Source: Bacteroidales bacterium (GTDB lineage Bacteria; Bacteroidota; Bacteroidia; Bacteroidales; F082). Taken from it: a stretch of DNA of 64,000 nucleotides. The stretch's first letter is position 1. Each line of letters begins with the position of its first letter. Position numbers and translations under genes: made by a program. This document shows positions 27,114 through 37,151 of the stretch, one piece after another. A model generated the notes under the pieces. It saw only the letters and a list, made by a program, of their open reading frames with translations. It had not been told where the DNA came from and made no database searches. The DNA lies in the NCBI GenBank assembly GCA_017548125.1, contig JAFYNK010000079.1:20180-84179 (forward strand). Reading direction: 5' to 3'.

Positions 27114-27923
27114 TTATTTAGTTTTAATATTTGATAATTCTAATTTTATTTTCTCTATTACCGGTTCCAACTCTACAATATATTTACTTTCTGGATATAT
27201 GTAAGTCAATGTGTTATATTTTTCCAACGCCAACTCATAACGTTCACGTTGTTTTTCTGCAACACTTTTCTCTGCATATTTATAGTATGTCAGAACCATA
27301 TAATTCATTATGTCTTCGCGATGATGTGTAGCAGGATTTTCTTTCATGAAGCTTTCAAAACTTGTTATAGCTGCCTGAAATTCTTCCATCTTATAATACA
27401 ACATACATGTATTAAAATCTTTTTCCACTATCTTATATCTAAGTGTATCAATAAGTTGATTTGCACTATCGACATAAATGCTCTTAGGATATAAATCAAC
27501 GAAGCTTTGGAATTCACTTATTGCGGTGTAAGAATCTGTTTGGTCGAGGGTTATATTCGGTGATTCGAGGTAATAACAACATGCACTTCTGAAAAGCGCA
27601 AATTCAGTTCTCTTTCCGAAAGGATAATTTACGACATAACGTTTGTAATAATGGCTTGCGATGTTATAATCTTTCATGTTATAGTAACATTCTGCGGTGT
27701 AGTACGCAATATCTTCGCCTTCTGGCTTGCCTCTATATGCAGATTGCAGAATGTCAAACAGCTGTAATGCTCTGTTATAGTCTTTCTGTTTATAATACAA
27801 CATTGCGGCATTGTATTTATATTCATTATCAGTACTTTTAAGCAATTTACTAAAATTACTACATGACACGAATGCCATCAGAAAAACCATTAAAACCGAT
27901 ATAAAAAACCAATTCTTTCGCAT
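27114..27923 (-). CDS. bamD: outer membrane protein assembly factor BamD (TPR lipoprotein)
   Basis: Lipoprotein signal MRKNWFFISVLMVFLMAFVSC, then TPR-like repeats (YNAAMLYYKQKDYNRALQLF...). Start set to the internal Met at 27923. Confidence 0.85.
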   Translation of the reverse strand: MRKNWFFISVLMVFLMAFVSCSNFSKLLKSTDNEYKYNAAMLYYKQKDYNRALQLFDILQSAYRGKPEGEDIAYYTAECYYNMKDYNIASHYYKRYVVNYPFGKRTEFALFRSACCYYLESPNITLDQTDSYTAISEFQSFVDLYPKSIYVDSANQLIDTLRYKIVEKDFNTCMLYYKMEEFQAAITSFESFMKENPATHHREDIMNYMVLTYYKYAEKSVAEKQRERYELALEKYNTLTYIYPESKYIVELEPVIEKIKLELSNIKTK

Positions 27924-27993
27924 AGTGCAAAAATACATTATTTTATCGTTCAAAAAACGTCTTTTACAAGAATTTATTATCACAAAACGTCAT

Positions 27994-30534
27994 TTATTCA
28001 ACAACAAGTTTTTTCATCATTTGCTTGCCGTCAACATCAAGATTCAAGAAATAAATTCCTGAGCTGATTTCTCTTAATTTTATCTCAAAAACATTAGTCT
28101 TTTCTCTTGATTTTTCAACGACTTGTCCATTGACATTCAGCAAAGTCCAGCTTATCTCTTCGCATTCTTCATCAAAAGAAACTCTCACCACGTCTCTTGC
28201 AGGAATTGGATAAACAGTCACATTTCCAAGCATTTGTTCATCAAGGCTTTCACAATCTATCACGAAAACGCTTACACTTGCTTCTTTTGTATTTTCGCCA
28301 TCGTTCACCGTCAATGTAAATACTGTCTCACCTAATTCAGTTGGCGTTGCAATAGGATTTTGAACATTCGGATTGTTGAGCAATTCTGCTGGCGACCAAG
28401 AATAGGTATATTCATAAGAGCCGCCGCTCACCGTTGCGATAAGTTCCACATTCTGTCCGAGGCAAATCGTGTCGTTTTCGGCTTCAATGTCAAGTGTCAT
28501 CTCTCCGCCGACACATCTCAACGCAGCCCTCCAACCTTTTTCATTCATTGCATAGTCAGAAAGGAAACGGAAAGTGAGAGCGCCTTCTTCGTTTGTCGCT
28601 GTATATTTTCCTGTACTTGTGCCGCTCAACTCTGCGATGCATGGCGATGTTGCGACAGCTGTTCCGTCATAGATTCTGAGTATATCATAGCCCTGTTCTG
28701 TTACGAATTCCAAAAACTCGACCTGCACCATCGCTCCTTGGATTCCAGGCTTAAATGTCATGACATGAAGGTCATTATCCGGATAATTGTTATTAGGGCC
28801 GCCAGAATCGAAGAACAAAGCATCTTTTATGGTTACCGTTGCGTCATTCATATTGTAAGATTCCGCCACAGTGATAAAATCTCTTTTTGTTATCGTTTCA
28901 TTATCTCCATTTTGATTTGATATTGTCAATGTAACATTAAACTTTCCTATTTCATTATATTTTACTGAAGGATTTGGTTCTGTTGAGGTAGCAGGAGTTC
29001 CGCCTTCGAACGACCAGTTCCAACCAACGATATCGCCCCATGATTGATCCGTAAAATTCACAGTTGCGCCTATTGCCACATTTGTTTCATCAGCTTCAAA
29101 ATCTGGAATCAAGCCTTCGCCTGCTTCAAGCTCGACATTCAATGTCGTTGTCTGGCCATCAGCCACTGTCACAACATATTGCGCTGGAAAATATCCTTCC
29201 GACTTAATTTCAACAGTATATGTTCCAGCCTTTATTGGACGATGGAAATCACCGCAAGGAAGCTGAGACTCAACCTTAGAATAATTTTTATCATGATTCA
29301 AAATCTCTATCGTAGCTTTTATAGGCTGTTTTGTCGCAGCGTCTTTTACTGTTCCATGAATACCAAACAAAGCCTGATTCATATACGCAAAAATAGAATT
29401 GAAGTTATAGTTCCAAAAGTTAGGAAGCTGTGATGCTGGAGGGCATTTTGTCGAGGAGCATTCTATAGTCACCTCGCGGCATTGACGGTAGTAGTTCATA
29501 TAATCCTGACGGCCGCCTCCAATTCTGTACCAGTCAGCGCCATTGGTAATGCCGTTTTCTTCTTCTGTCATGTAATATAGGTCTGTTGACTGAGCGGCGT
29601 TTTGAGCCAAATCGGCGTATTCACGACTGACGAGCTGCCACCATGCGTCGTCGGCATGACGAGCATAATCGTTATCCCAAGGATAGTTCATAAGTTCAGC
29701 GCCGCCATGATAATGCGCTGCCATTGTAAATTGGTAATCCTCAGCAAGCTGCATAAACCACTCTGTTTCTTTTGCATAGGCATTATTGTCAGGATGTACA
29801 CCATCAACAGGGTCAGGATAGTTGCGGTTCATATCGACGCCGTATGCATTATAACGCGACGCTCCATTTACAGTATTGTTGCCGTTTTTATAAGTTCCAT
29901 CAGGGTTAGCATTAGGACAGATAAACAAATCGAGATTGTTTATAATTGTCTGTACTTCAGGCAAGTCTTGATTTGCGAGAAGATAATCTATGAGACGAAG
30001 CATCATTACATAGCCTGTTGTTTCATCTCCATGAATTGTGGAGCCATACAAGAACTTAGGTTTTCCTTCGCTTTCTCCATTATTGATTCTCACCAACAAT
30101 ATCTTACGATCACTTTGCAAAGTGCCAAGTTCTATCAAGGTACAATTTTCAGAATATGTTTCCGCGAACTCTTCCATCATCGCGACGTATGCCTCGTATG
30201 TAGGATATTCGTTCCAGTTGTATTCAGCGCGTGTTCTGCCATCAAACATCTTATGTTCCACCAACATTGAAGGAGGCGTCAGCAAGGTAGGTTTCAAGCC
30301 TAATGACAAGAACTCTTCATATTGTTTGTTATTGGCGTAAGCTATTACAGTGCTGCCATTTATCTTATCAACAGAAACGATTTCAGCTATTTCTTTCAAC
30401 AATTTAGAATCTTCCGTTTCGAAGCTAAAATAGAATTCATTGCGTTGCTTCATTATTGACTGCAGGTCATTTTGTTGAGCTGACACATTCAACAAAAACA
30501 ATGTCAAGAACAGAAATGCAATTATAGTCTTCAT
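27994..30534 (-). CDS. M14 zinc carboxypeptidase with PKD-like and CUB-like domains and a T9SS C-terminal sorting domain
   Basis: 846 aa. HGDETTG and HGGAELMNYPWD (M14 zinc/substrate motifs), a PKD-like segment (VNFTDQS...WNWSFEGGTP), and C-terminal VTVYPIPARDVVRVSF...GIYFLNLDVDGKQMMKKLVVE. Confidence 0.85.
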   Translation of the reverse strand: MKTIIAFLFLTLFLLNVSAQQNDLQSIMKQRNEFYFSFETEDSKLLKEIAEIVSVDKINGSTVIAYANNKQYEEFLSLGLKPTLLTPPSMLVEHKMFDGRTRAEYNWNEYPTYEAYVAMMEEFAETYSENCTLIELGTLQSDRKILLVRINNGESEGKPKFLYGSTIHGDETTGYVMMLRLIDYLLANQDLPEVQTIINNLDLFICPNANPDGTYKNGNNTVNGASRYNAYGVDMNRNYPDPVDGVHPDNNAYAKETEWFMQLAEDYQFTMAAHYHGGAELMNYPWDNDYARHADDAWWQLVSREYADLAQNAAQSTDLYYMTEEENGITNGADWYRIGGGRQDYMNYYRQCREVTIECSSTKCPPASQLPNFWNYNFNSIFAYMNQALFGIHGTVKDAATKQPIKATIEILNHDKNYSKVESQLPCGDFHRPIKAGTYTVEIKSEGYFPAQYVVTVADGQTTTLNVELEAGEGLIPDFEADETNVAIGATVNFTDQSWGDIVGWNWSFEGGTPATSTEPNPSVKYNEIGKFNVTLTISNQNGDNETITKRDFITVAESYNMNDATVTIKDALFFDSGGPNNNYPDNDLHVMTFKPGIQGAMVQVEFLEFVTEQGYDILRIYDGTAVATSPCIAELSGTSTGKYTATNEEGALTFRFLSDYAMNEKGWRAALRCVGGEMTLDIEAENDTICLGQNVELIATVSGGSYEYTYSWSPAELLNNPNVQNPIATPTELGETVFTLTVNDGENTKEASVSVFVIDCESLDEQMLGNVTVYPIPARDVVRVSFDEECEEISWTLLNVNGQVVEKSREKTNVFEIKLREISSGIYFLNLDVDGKQMMKKLVVE

Positions 30535-30544
30535 AGTTATGTAA

Positions 30545-31432
30545 TTATTTATTATACATCATGTTATATTCTTGTTCCAAGTCATTTTTAACATTATCAT
30601 TGACAGTCACCAATGGAAGACGCAGAACATTTTTACAAAGATTTCTGTGAGCCATAAGGCATTTAATGCCAGCAGGATTTCCATCAGCGAAAATGAGATT
30701 ATTCATATTAAGCATGTTATAATGAAGAGGAAGCGCTGTTTTAACATCAGCGTTCATCATTGAAGAGACCATTTTGCAGAACATTTCAGGATATCCATTA
30801 GCGGCAACAGAGATAACGCCCTTAGCGCCAAGAGCCATCATTGGCTGAGTGATTCCGTCATCACCAGAGAGAACATCAAAGTCCTCTGGCTTATCTCTCA
30901 ATATCTCCATGATTTGCTGCAAGTTACCCGAGGCTTCTTTTACAGCCACTATATTTTTATGCTTTGCAAGCTCCACACATGTCGAAGCTTGAAGGTTAAC
31001 GCCAACTCTACCAGGGACATTGTACAGAACAACTGGAACTGGGGAGTTGTCGGCTACAGCTTCAAAATGAGCCTTCATGCCTCTTTGGTTTGGCTTGTTA
31101 TAATAAGGGACTACGCTTAAGATTCCATCAACGCCTGCAAAATCCTGGTCTTTGATATTTTGAAGCAACGCCATTGTATTGTTACCGCCCATTCCCAACA
31201 TAACAGGGCATCTGCCATTAGCGACTTTAATGATGGTTTTCAATACATTAGACTTTTCTTCTTGTGTCAGTGTCGGGGCTTCTGACGTTGTTCCGAGCGC
31301 TACCATAAAATCAGCGCCATTCGACAATGTAAACTCAACAATATTTTCAAGTGATTTATAATCAACAGAGAAATCTTCATTAAATGGAGTAATAAGAGCG
31401 ACTCCAGTGCCAACAAAAGGATTATTTTTCAT
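30545..31432 (-). CDS. dapA: 4-hydroxy-tetrahydrodipicolinate synthase
   Basis: 295 aa. GTGVALITPF, GTTSEAPTL, YNVPGR and the catalytic-Lys context VAVKEASG. Confidence 0.95.
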   Translation of the reverse strand: MKNNPFVGTGVALITPFNEDFSVDYKSLENIVEFTLSNGADFMVALGTTSEAPTLTQEEKSNVLKTIIKVANGRCPVMLGMGGNNTMALLQNIKDQDFAGVDGILSVVPYYNKPNQRGMKAHFEAVADNSPVPVVLYNVPGRVGVNLQASTCVELAKHKNIVAVKEASGNLQQIMEILRDKPEDFDVLSGDDGITQPMMALGAKGVISVAANGYPEMFCKMVSSMMNADVKTALPLHYNMLNMNNLIFADGNPAGIKCLMAHRNLCKNVLRLPLVTVNDNVKNDLEQEYNMMYNK

Positions 31433-31964
31433 TTTTATTTCCAGATAACATCAATAAATATTTATATATAATTTTCATGCGCTCAACCTCTTTTTTCTCG
31501 ATTCCATGATCGATGACAAGGTCGTGCAACTGCATATTATTTTTCGAATGTCCGATTCTGAATGACGAATCGATACACGAAACGAGATAATCGTTAAGTA
31601 TATTTTTATTATTTTCAGAAAGATTAACAAACAGTTCACAAGAAAAAGATTTCAAAATCACTTCTTTTTCCTTTTTCAAAATACCAAATATGTTAAAATC
31701 TTTTTTACGAATAAAAACCGTGCAATCATCTTGAAGCGAGCCGTCAACCATATTCTCAGTCAGAACAACGAATCTGAGCTTCCGTGGATTCAATGAGTTT
31801 TTGACAAACTGCCCTATCGTTTCAATATCTTTTTTTTGATTCTCGTCGAGTAAAACCGTCACTGCAGGAATGTTCTTTAAATCAGGAAACTGCAGCAATC
31901 GTTTTCGTTGCAAATTTCTCTTAATATTTTTTCTCCTAAAAAAAAGTATTAACGACTTAAACAT
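31422..31964 (-). CDS. hypothetical protein
   Basis: 180 aa, no motif recognised. Overlaps the dapA start by 11 nt, suggesting co-transcription. Confidence 0.45.
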   Translation of the reverse strand: MFKSLILFFRRKNIKRNLQRKRLLQFPDLKNIPAVTVLLDENQKKDIETIGQFVKNSLNPRKLRFVVLTENMVDGSLQDDCTVFIRKKDFNIFGILKKEKEVILKSFSCELFVNLSENNKNILNDYLVSCIDSSFRIGHSKNNMQLHDLVIDHGIEKKEVERMKIIYKYLLMLSGNKNEK

Positions 31965-32059
31965 TTTTCAGCATTTAATATGCAAATATACATTATTAAT
32001 ACTAATTATCAGCATATTTTTTTCTTAATATTTTTTATATTTGCGATGTTTTAAACATC

Positions 32060-32833
32060 ATGATTATGAAAGTTACAATTTTAGGCAGCGGCACTTCACA
32101 AGGCGTACCTATCATCACATGCAAGTGCGACGTTTGTCATTCCAACGACCCCAAAGACAAGCGTTTACGCACTTCCATATTGATTGAAACCAACGAAACG
32201 ACCATTTGCATTGACGCAGGTCCCGACTTTCGTTACCAGATGTTGAGAGCCAATGTCACAAAATTAGACGCCATCTTAATCACCCACGAACACAAAGATC
32301 ATATTGGAGGGTTAGACGATGCACGACCATTGATTTTCGTGCAGGGAAAACCCATGACAATATATGCTTCCAAAGAAGCCCAAGAAGAAATAAAAAGAGA
32401 ATACTCTTACGCCTTTGCAAATGAGGACGAAAGATACCCTGGCGCACCAACTTTCAACCTTATCAATATCGACGGGAGCGCAATCAACATAAACGACCTA
32501 ACGATAGAACCAATAGAGCTACAGCATTTTACATTAAAGTCATACGGATTCAGAATTAGCAATTTCGCATACATCACCGATTTAAGCGAGCTGTCGGAAG
32601 AAGCGTTTCAGAAACTCATTGGCGTTGAATATCTTATAATAGAAGCATTAAGAAAAAAGGAGCATTATTCGCACATCAATCTCTCTCAAGCCATTGACAT
32701 CGCTCAGAGATTAAATGTAAAAAAGGCATGGTTCACGCACGTCAGCCACGAGATGGGGAAAACCGCCGATATCAACCCGACGCTGCCAAACAATATGATG
32801 TTAGCTTACGACGGAATGGTGATAGAAATTTAA
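32060..32833 (+). CDS. MBL-fold metallo-hydrolase (PhnP/GPMB-like)
   Basis: 257 aa. ILGSGTSQGVP and the zinc motif THEHKDHIGGLDD. An alternative start MKV at 32066 is possible. Confidence 0.85.
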   Translation: MIMKVTILGSGTSQGVPIITCKCDVCHSNDPKDKRLRTSILIETNETTICIDAGPDFRYQMLRANVTKLDAILITHEHKDHIGGLDDARPLIFVQGKPMTIYASKEAQEEIKREYSYAFANEDERYPGAPTFNLINIDGSAININDLTIEPIELQHFTLKSYGFRISNFAYITDLSELSEEAFQKLIGVEYLIIEALRKKEHYSHINLSQAIDIAQRLNVKKAWFTHVSHEMGKTADINPTLPNNMMLAYDGMVIEI

Positions 32834-33718
32834 TTTTTTTGTAGAAGCTCTATATTCTTTAGGAGACATTCCTACTATTCTCTTAAAATATTTTCCAAAG
32901 AACGACTGCGAAGGGAAATGCATCTCATCGCTTATCTGCTGTATCGTCATTGGAGTGGAATTAAGCAAGGCTTTCGATTCCATCACAACGAACTCCTCAA
33001 TATAGTCGGATGGCGTCCTTCCCGTCAAACCACTGACTACCTGCGACAAATACTTTGGCGTCACACATAATTTTTCGGCATAAAACTTAACCTCTCGTTC
33101 TGTCCTAAAATTCCTCGAAAGCAAATCTATAAATTTCGAATGCAACATTTCCTGTCTTGATGATTTATTTTTATTGTCATCAACGCCATGTTCATCAAAA
33201 GTATAGCCATAAAACATAGCCAAAGTCATGTAACGAGCCGCTTCTACCTTAAATTTTATTTTTGGAGAAGATACAAGATTTAAAAGCAAATCATAATATT
33301 TGTCAAACACAAAATTACTATTATCCATTATAAAAACAGAATTAGCATAAAGAGAGTTACGAATTAAACGTATCTCTGTCAAATTTGAAAACATGGAATT
33401 GGAGAATTCTCGCGACATAACTATTATCTTGCTTTTTAAATCCTCCGAATATTCCAATGGCTGGAAAATGCTATCATTGACAATTATAACCACCGATGGA
33501 GCTTCTATTTTATACTCAACCATATTAATTTTAGCTCTCACAAAACCCTTTTCATAGATTATCGCCATCGTCATATCAACCTTGAACGGCTCTGAATATA
33601 AAGCCAAATCGAGACGAGAATTATCAGCGTCATCTATCAGCATTATATCTGTTCCTATACGATGGTCTTGAGGTGTTATTTCATTCAGACGCTCACGCCA
33701 TTTCAAATATGGTATCAT
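32801..33718 (-). CDS. AraC-family transcriptional regulator
   Basis: 305 aa. C-terminal double HTH (KFYAEKLCVTPKYLSQVV..., ISDEMHFPSQSFFGKYFKRIVGMSPKEYR). Confidence 0.85.
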   Translation of the reverse strand: MIPYLKWRERLNEITPQDHRIGTDIMLIDDADNSRLDLALYSEPFKVDMTMAIIYEKGFVRAKINMVEYKIEAPSVVIIVNDSIFQPLEYSEDLKSKIIVMSREFSNSMFSNLTEIRLIRNSLYANSVFIMDNSNFVFDKYYDLLLNLVSSPKIKFKVEAARYMTLAMFYGYTFDEHGVDDNKNKSSRQEMLHSKFIDLLSRNFRTEREVKFYAEKLCVTPKYLSQVVSGLTGRTPSDYIEEFVVMESKALLNSTPMTIQQISDEMHFPSQSFFGKYFKRIVGMSPKEYRASTKKLNFYHHSVVS

Positions 33719-33890
33719 CTTGTCATTTTTTTCGCAAATATACCTATTAATTTAAACTTTATATCATATCTAATACAGAAATATGACTTATTGACCAATT
33801 TAAAAGAAATATCGAAAAAAGCGACATTTGTATTCTACCTACTTTTGCAATGTCAAAAAAAATTAATTTATAACCCACAAAACTAACAGA

Positions 33891-34229
33891 ATGAAAAAAT
33901 TAGCAAAAATTTTAGGCATCTCTGCTTTATTAGGATGCAACATGACACTCTGCGCACAAGACGCAGTCGATGAAAAAGGAAAAGACAACTTTTTGAAGAG
34001 AGCTTTCCGTGATATGAAAGAAAGCGCGAAGTTACAACGTCAAATCGACAAGGCCAACTACCAAGCTACGAAATTAGAATCAAAGGCATTCTTCCAAGAA
34101 CAGAAGAGAATGTCTAATCCAAAAGTTCGCAGCGCTGCTGAAAGAGAGAGACAACTCAATGAATTAGAAGCAGCAACCCAAAGAGTTGAAGCAGCTAAAG
34201 CAAAAGTAGAAAACGCAAAAAGTAAATGA
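33891..34229 (+). CDS. small secreted coiled-coil protein, hypothetical
   Basis: 112 aa with a signal peptide, then a charged helical sequence. TActTTTG box at about 33839. Confidence 0.5.
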   Translation: MKKLAKILGISALLGCNMTLCAQDAVDEKGKDNFLKRAFRDMKESAKLQRQIDKANYQATKLESKAFFQEQKRMSNPKVRSAAERERQLNELEAATQRVEAAKAKVENAKSK

Positions 34230-34239
34230 TTTAGAGTTA

Positions 34240-34273
34240 CTGAGATACTGAGACTAAAATCTTAGTATCTCAG
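34240..34273. terminator. long hairpin between convergent genes (no U-tract)
   Basis: ctgagatactgaga (34240..34253) pairs with tcttagtatctcag (34260..34273), 14 bp including one G-U. Confidence 0.45.
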
Positions 34274-34277
34274 CATC

Positions 34278-35468
34278 TTAATATCTTAATCCAAAAGAGA
34301 ACTCGAAATACTCCGCATCAAAACTATGAGCCTTGATAGCGAAGCCCGCAAATAAACCACAAAAGTCATCGAAATAATACCTCAGACCTGCTTTCTCATA
34401 ATGCCATTCAACGCAATATAATCCCAATTCTCTATAAGGATAAACACCAAACGCCAGATATACAGCAAGATTTTTATAATAAATCTCATTGACCAATGCA
34501 ACGCCTAATGAAAATGCAGAATATGCAACATCATCAGCAATGATTTCACCATAAATAATTCTATCACATTGTTTCAAAGACTCTATATTAGATGAATAAA
34601 AAACATCCAAGGAGATACCGCTGGCATATTTCAAAGCATATCTGTACATCACATCCATGCTTAGAGACAATTTCGGATGTTTCTTAAAAACCGTTTGTTT
34701 CTGATACACATCATCAACCATCACATTATAAGCCATCCATTCGGCACGGCAGCTATGAACACCACCACTCAACGTTATATGGTATTGAAAACCTTTGTCG
34801 AAATTCTTTTCCAGCTTAATAATTTTTGTAACATCTTCTTCATAAAATTTATATTGAACAAAAACGCCAGCTCCGATAACGTCTATACCTCCATTAGGTA
34901 AAGACAGCATCCCATTAGAATAATGACGATACATAAAATCCAGACCTAATTCAAAATGTTTACCCATCAACATTTTAGCATAAAAACCACCTCCAAAATA
35001 ACACATCACAGTAGAACTAAGAAAAGTATTACCAGGATTATTGATAGGATCATATTTACAGACATTAGTCGTGAGGCCTAAATTCAATATAAATCCTAAA
35101 TTATACTTATTGTCATTATAAAGTTTTCTTTCGAAAGAACCATAAACCGTATAAACATCAGGAAGGAAAGAACCTTCTTCCATTACAAATTCACTAAAAC
35201 GTGACACCGAGATTCCAGCTCCTAAAATCGGATAATTGTAATAATAATCAAACTCGTTGTTATTGGCACAAATAGTCTGATAGTTAGCAGCCACATCAAA
35301 TGTCATATAAATATTGCTTTGACGTCGATGTTCCGAATTCATCGCATAGCCAAAATAATTTTGCCCAAAAAACGACAATTTCAAATCATCATTATTTTGG
35401 GCAAAAACATTGTTTATAGTCATAAAGCCGACTATAACAAACAAATATATCTTAGAATGTGAATCCAA
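34278..35468 (-). CDS. PagL-like lipid A deacylase / acyloxyacyl hydrolase family outer-membrane protein
   Basis: 396 aa. Signal peptide, beta-barrel-like alternating pattern, HYSNG motif (YRHYSNGMLSLPNGG) as in PagL-type His-x-Ser sites, aromatic C-terminus. Confidence 0.5.
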   Translation of the reverse strand: MDSHSKIYLFVIVGFMTINNVFAQNNDDLKLSFFGQNYFGYAMNSEHRRQSNIYMTFDVAANYQTICANNNEFDYYYNYPILGAGISVSRFSEFVMEEGSFLPDVYTVYGSFERKLYNDNKYNLGFILNLGLTTNVCKYDPINNPGNTFLSSTVMCYFGGGFYAKMLMGKHFELGLDFMYRHYSNGMLSLPNGGIDVIGAGVFVQYKFYEEDVTKIIKLEKNFDKGFQYHITLSGGVHSCRAEWMAYNVMVDDVYQKQTVFKKHPKLSLSMDVMYRYALKYASGISLDVFYSSNIESLKQCDRIIYGEIIADDVAYSAFSLGVALVNEIYYKNLAVYLAFGVYPYRELGLYCVEWHYEKAGLRYYFDDFCGLFAGFAIKAHSFDAEYFEFSFGLRY

Positions 35469-36012
35469 AACTAAGTCTTATTTTATTCAAACATCCTTTA
35501 TCGAGATAATCTGCTGGGCAATAGTTAGATAATTCAGCAACAGCCTTTTGGAATTCATATCCTACTGCGAAAGTAAATCTTGAGAAATCAATTCCTACGT
35601 ATGGCGATGCTGTCACAATAAGTCCAGAGTTTGTAACATCAAACATCTCACCGATACGTGCACCCACCATCGGGCTTACATTATTATCAAGGAAAGAATA
35701 ATTAAAATTAAGAAACAATGGTATCAGATAAGTTGGTTCTTCAACATATTCATTGTTAAAATCGTTTCCTAAGAAATCGGCAGCAAAACCGACACCTAAA
35801 CCTGCAGACATACCATTACCGAAAGAATAAGCCTGTGTTGTGTTGATACTAAATTGTCCGTTGTTAGCCCACGACAACTCTACATCTGGACGGTAGCCTT
35901 TTTTGTATTGAATGTTTAACTCTTGAGCATTGGAAAACACTGGAGATACCAACACTAATAGTGAGAACAATAATTTCACCACACATCTTTTTGTCAAGCC
36001 TAATGTCTTCAT
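35452..36012 (-). CDS. small outer-membrane beta-barrel protein
   Basis: 186 aa. Signal peptide, alternating hydrophobic strands, C-terminal RLSFGFTF. Confidence 0.55.
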   Translation of the reverse strand: MKTLGLTKRCVVKLLFSLLVLVSPVFSNAQELNIQYKKGYRPDVELSWANNGQFSINTTQAYSFGNGMSAGLGVGFAADFLGNDFNNEYVEEPTYLIPLFLNFNYSFLDNNVSPMVGARIGEMFDVTNSGLIVTASPYVGIDFSRFTFAVGYEFQKAVAELSNYCPADYLDKGCLNKIRLSFGFTF

Positions 36013-36194
36013 TTTATTACCTCCTTCTTCTCATCTAAAAACTTTTCAACAAATTTGTCTTCTACTTTTTGATAAGCATTCACAACGCCATCTTCAATTT
36101 TCTGGTAAGTGTTAACTACTGTCTCTTCGATTTTCTTGTAGGTACCGACCACTTTGTCTTCAACCTTAGTCTTTTTTAATTTGTACTCACTCAT
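36009..36194 (-). CDS. 61-aa protein made of three 11-aa repeats (VVxxYxKIEDx)
   Basis: VVGTYKKIEET / VVNTYQKIEDG / VVNAYQKVEDK. ATGA overlap with the downstream barrel gene. Confidence 0.5.
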   Translation of the reverse strand: MSEYKLKKTKVEDKVVGTYKKIEETVVNTYQKIEDGVVNAYQKVEDKFVEKFLDEKKEVIK

Positions 36195-36377
36195 TTTAAT
36201 GATAATTTAATTGTTAATGTTATTTTGACAATGCAAAATTATCACTAATGAAGATACCAAATTTTCCACTTTTTCTTCTTAATTTGCCGATTTGACAGCA
36301 ATTTAATTACATGAAAAAGAAATAAACCTGTTTAAAAACAAACTATAAAAACATTATCTTTGCGAAAAATATATATT

Positions 36378-36602
36378 ATGCAAGAAATCACATTTGAATT
36401 AAGAGAAGGCGACGAATTTATCCCATTGATTGCATTGTTAAAAGCGACTGGACTTGTCGATTCAGGAAGCATGGCGCAAGAAGTCGTCACTGCCGGCCTA
36501 GTCAAGCGCAATGGCGAAACAGAGTTACGCAAACGAGCAAAGATAGTATCAGGCGACACTATTGAATTTGAAGGTTATGTTGTTAAAATAAAAAGTTGCT
36601 GA
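36378..36602 (+). CDS. S4-domain RNA-binding protein (YbcJ family)
   Basis: MQEITFELREGDEFIPLIALLK...SGDTIEFEGYVVKI. A TAtcTTTG box at 36353..36360 overlaps the longer track start, so the ATG at 36378 is preferred. Confidence 0.8.
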   Translation: MQEITFELREGDEFIPLIALLKATGLVDSGSMAQEVVTAGLVKRNGETELRKRAKIVSGDTIEFEGYVVKIKSC

Positions 36603-36623
36603 GACAATGCCCAGCAACTTTTT
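36590..36623. terminator. bidirectional terminator
   Basis: agttgctg / cagcaact stem with a 10-nt loop, A-run on the left and T-run on the right. Overlaps the S4 gene stop. Confidence 0.7.
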
Positions 36624-37146
36624 ATTTATAGTTATTCTCATCCAAGAACCACTCTTTGTACATAAGATAGCCTTGAGCGTTACCATGAGCCATCTGACCT
36701 ACAGCTTCCGAAGCTTCTTTCACTTTCTTTGCTGGAACGCCAGCATAAACGCCTGGCTCTAATACGCTATTACTCAACACCACAGATCCTGCTGCGATAA
36801 CGGTATTATCTGGAACGACAACATTATCCATCAAAATAGCGCCCATTCCAACCAAGACATTATTGCCAACTTTCGCGCCATGTATAATAGCATTGTGGCC
36901 TACTGAGACATCATTTCCAATCTCACATACAGATTTCTGATACAATGTATGCAAGACCGCACCATCTTGAATGTTAACTCTATCACCGATCTTTATGGTA
37001 TTCACGTCACCTCTCAAGACTGCGCCGTACCATATACTGCAATCATCGCCCATTGTCACATCACCAACCACTGCTGCCGTCTCTGCGATAAAGCAATTAT
37101 CACCAATCTTTGGTTTACAACCATTTAACTCCTTAATTAAAGCCAT
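36622..37146 (-). CDS. gamma-class carbonic anhydrase family protein (hexapeptide repeat, YrdA/PaaY-like)
   Basis: 174 aa. Left-handed beta-helix repeats and SIWYGAVLRGD..., GHNAIIHG. Confidence 0.9.
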   Translation of the reverse strand: MALIKELNGCKPKIGDNCFIAETAAVVGDVTMGDDCSIWYGAVLRGDVNTIKIGDRVNIQDGAVLHTLYQKSVCEIGNDVSVGHNAIIHGAKVGNNVLVGMGAILMDNVVVPDNTVIAAGSVVLSNSVLEPGVYAGVPAKKVKEASEAVGQMAHGNAQGYLMYKEWFLDENNYK

Positions 37147-37151
37147 ATATT

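Noticed and set aside
29602-30340. 222-aa and 100-aa plus-strand ORFs inside the M14 carboxypeptidase gene
   Set aside because: Antisense shadow ORFs. The minus-strand frame carries the M14 zinc motifs and the T9SS CTD.
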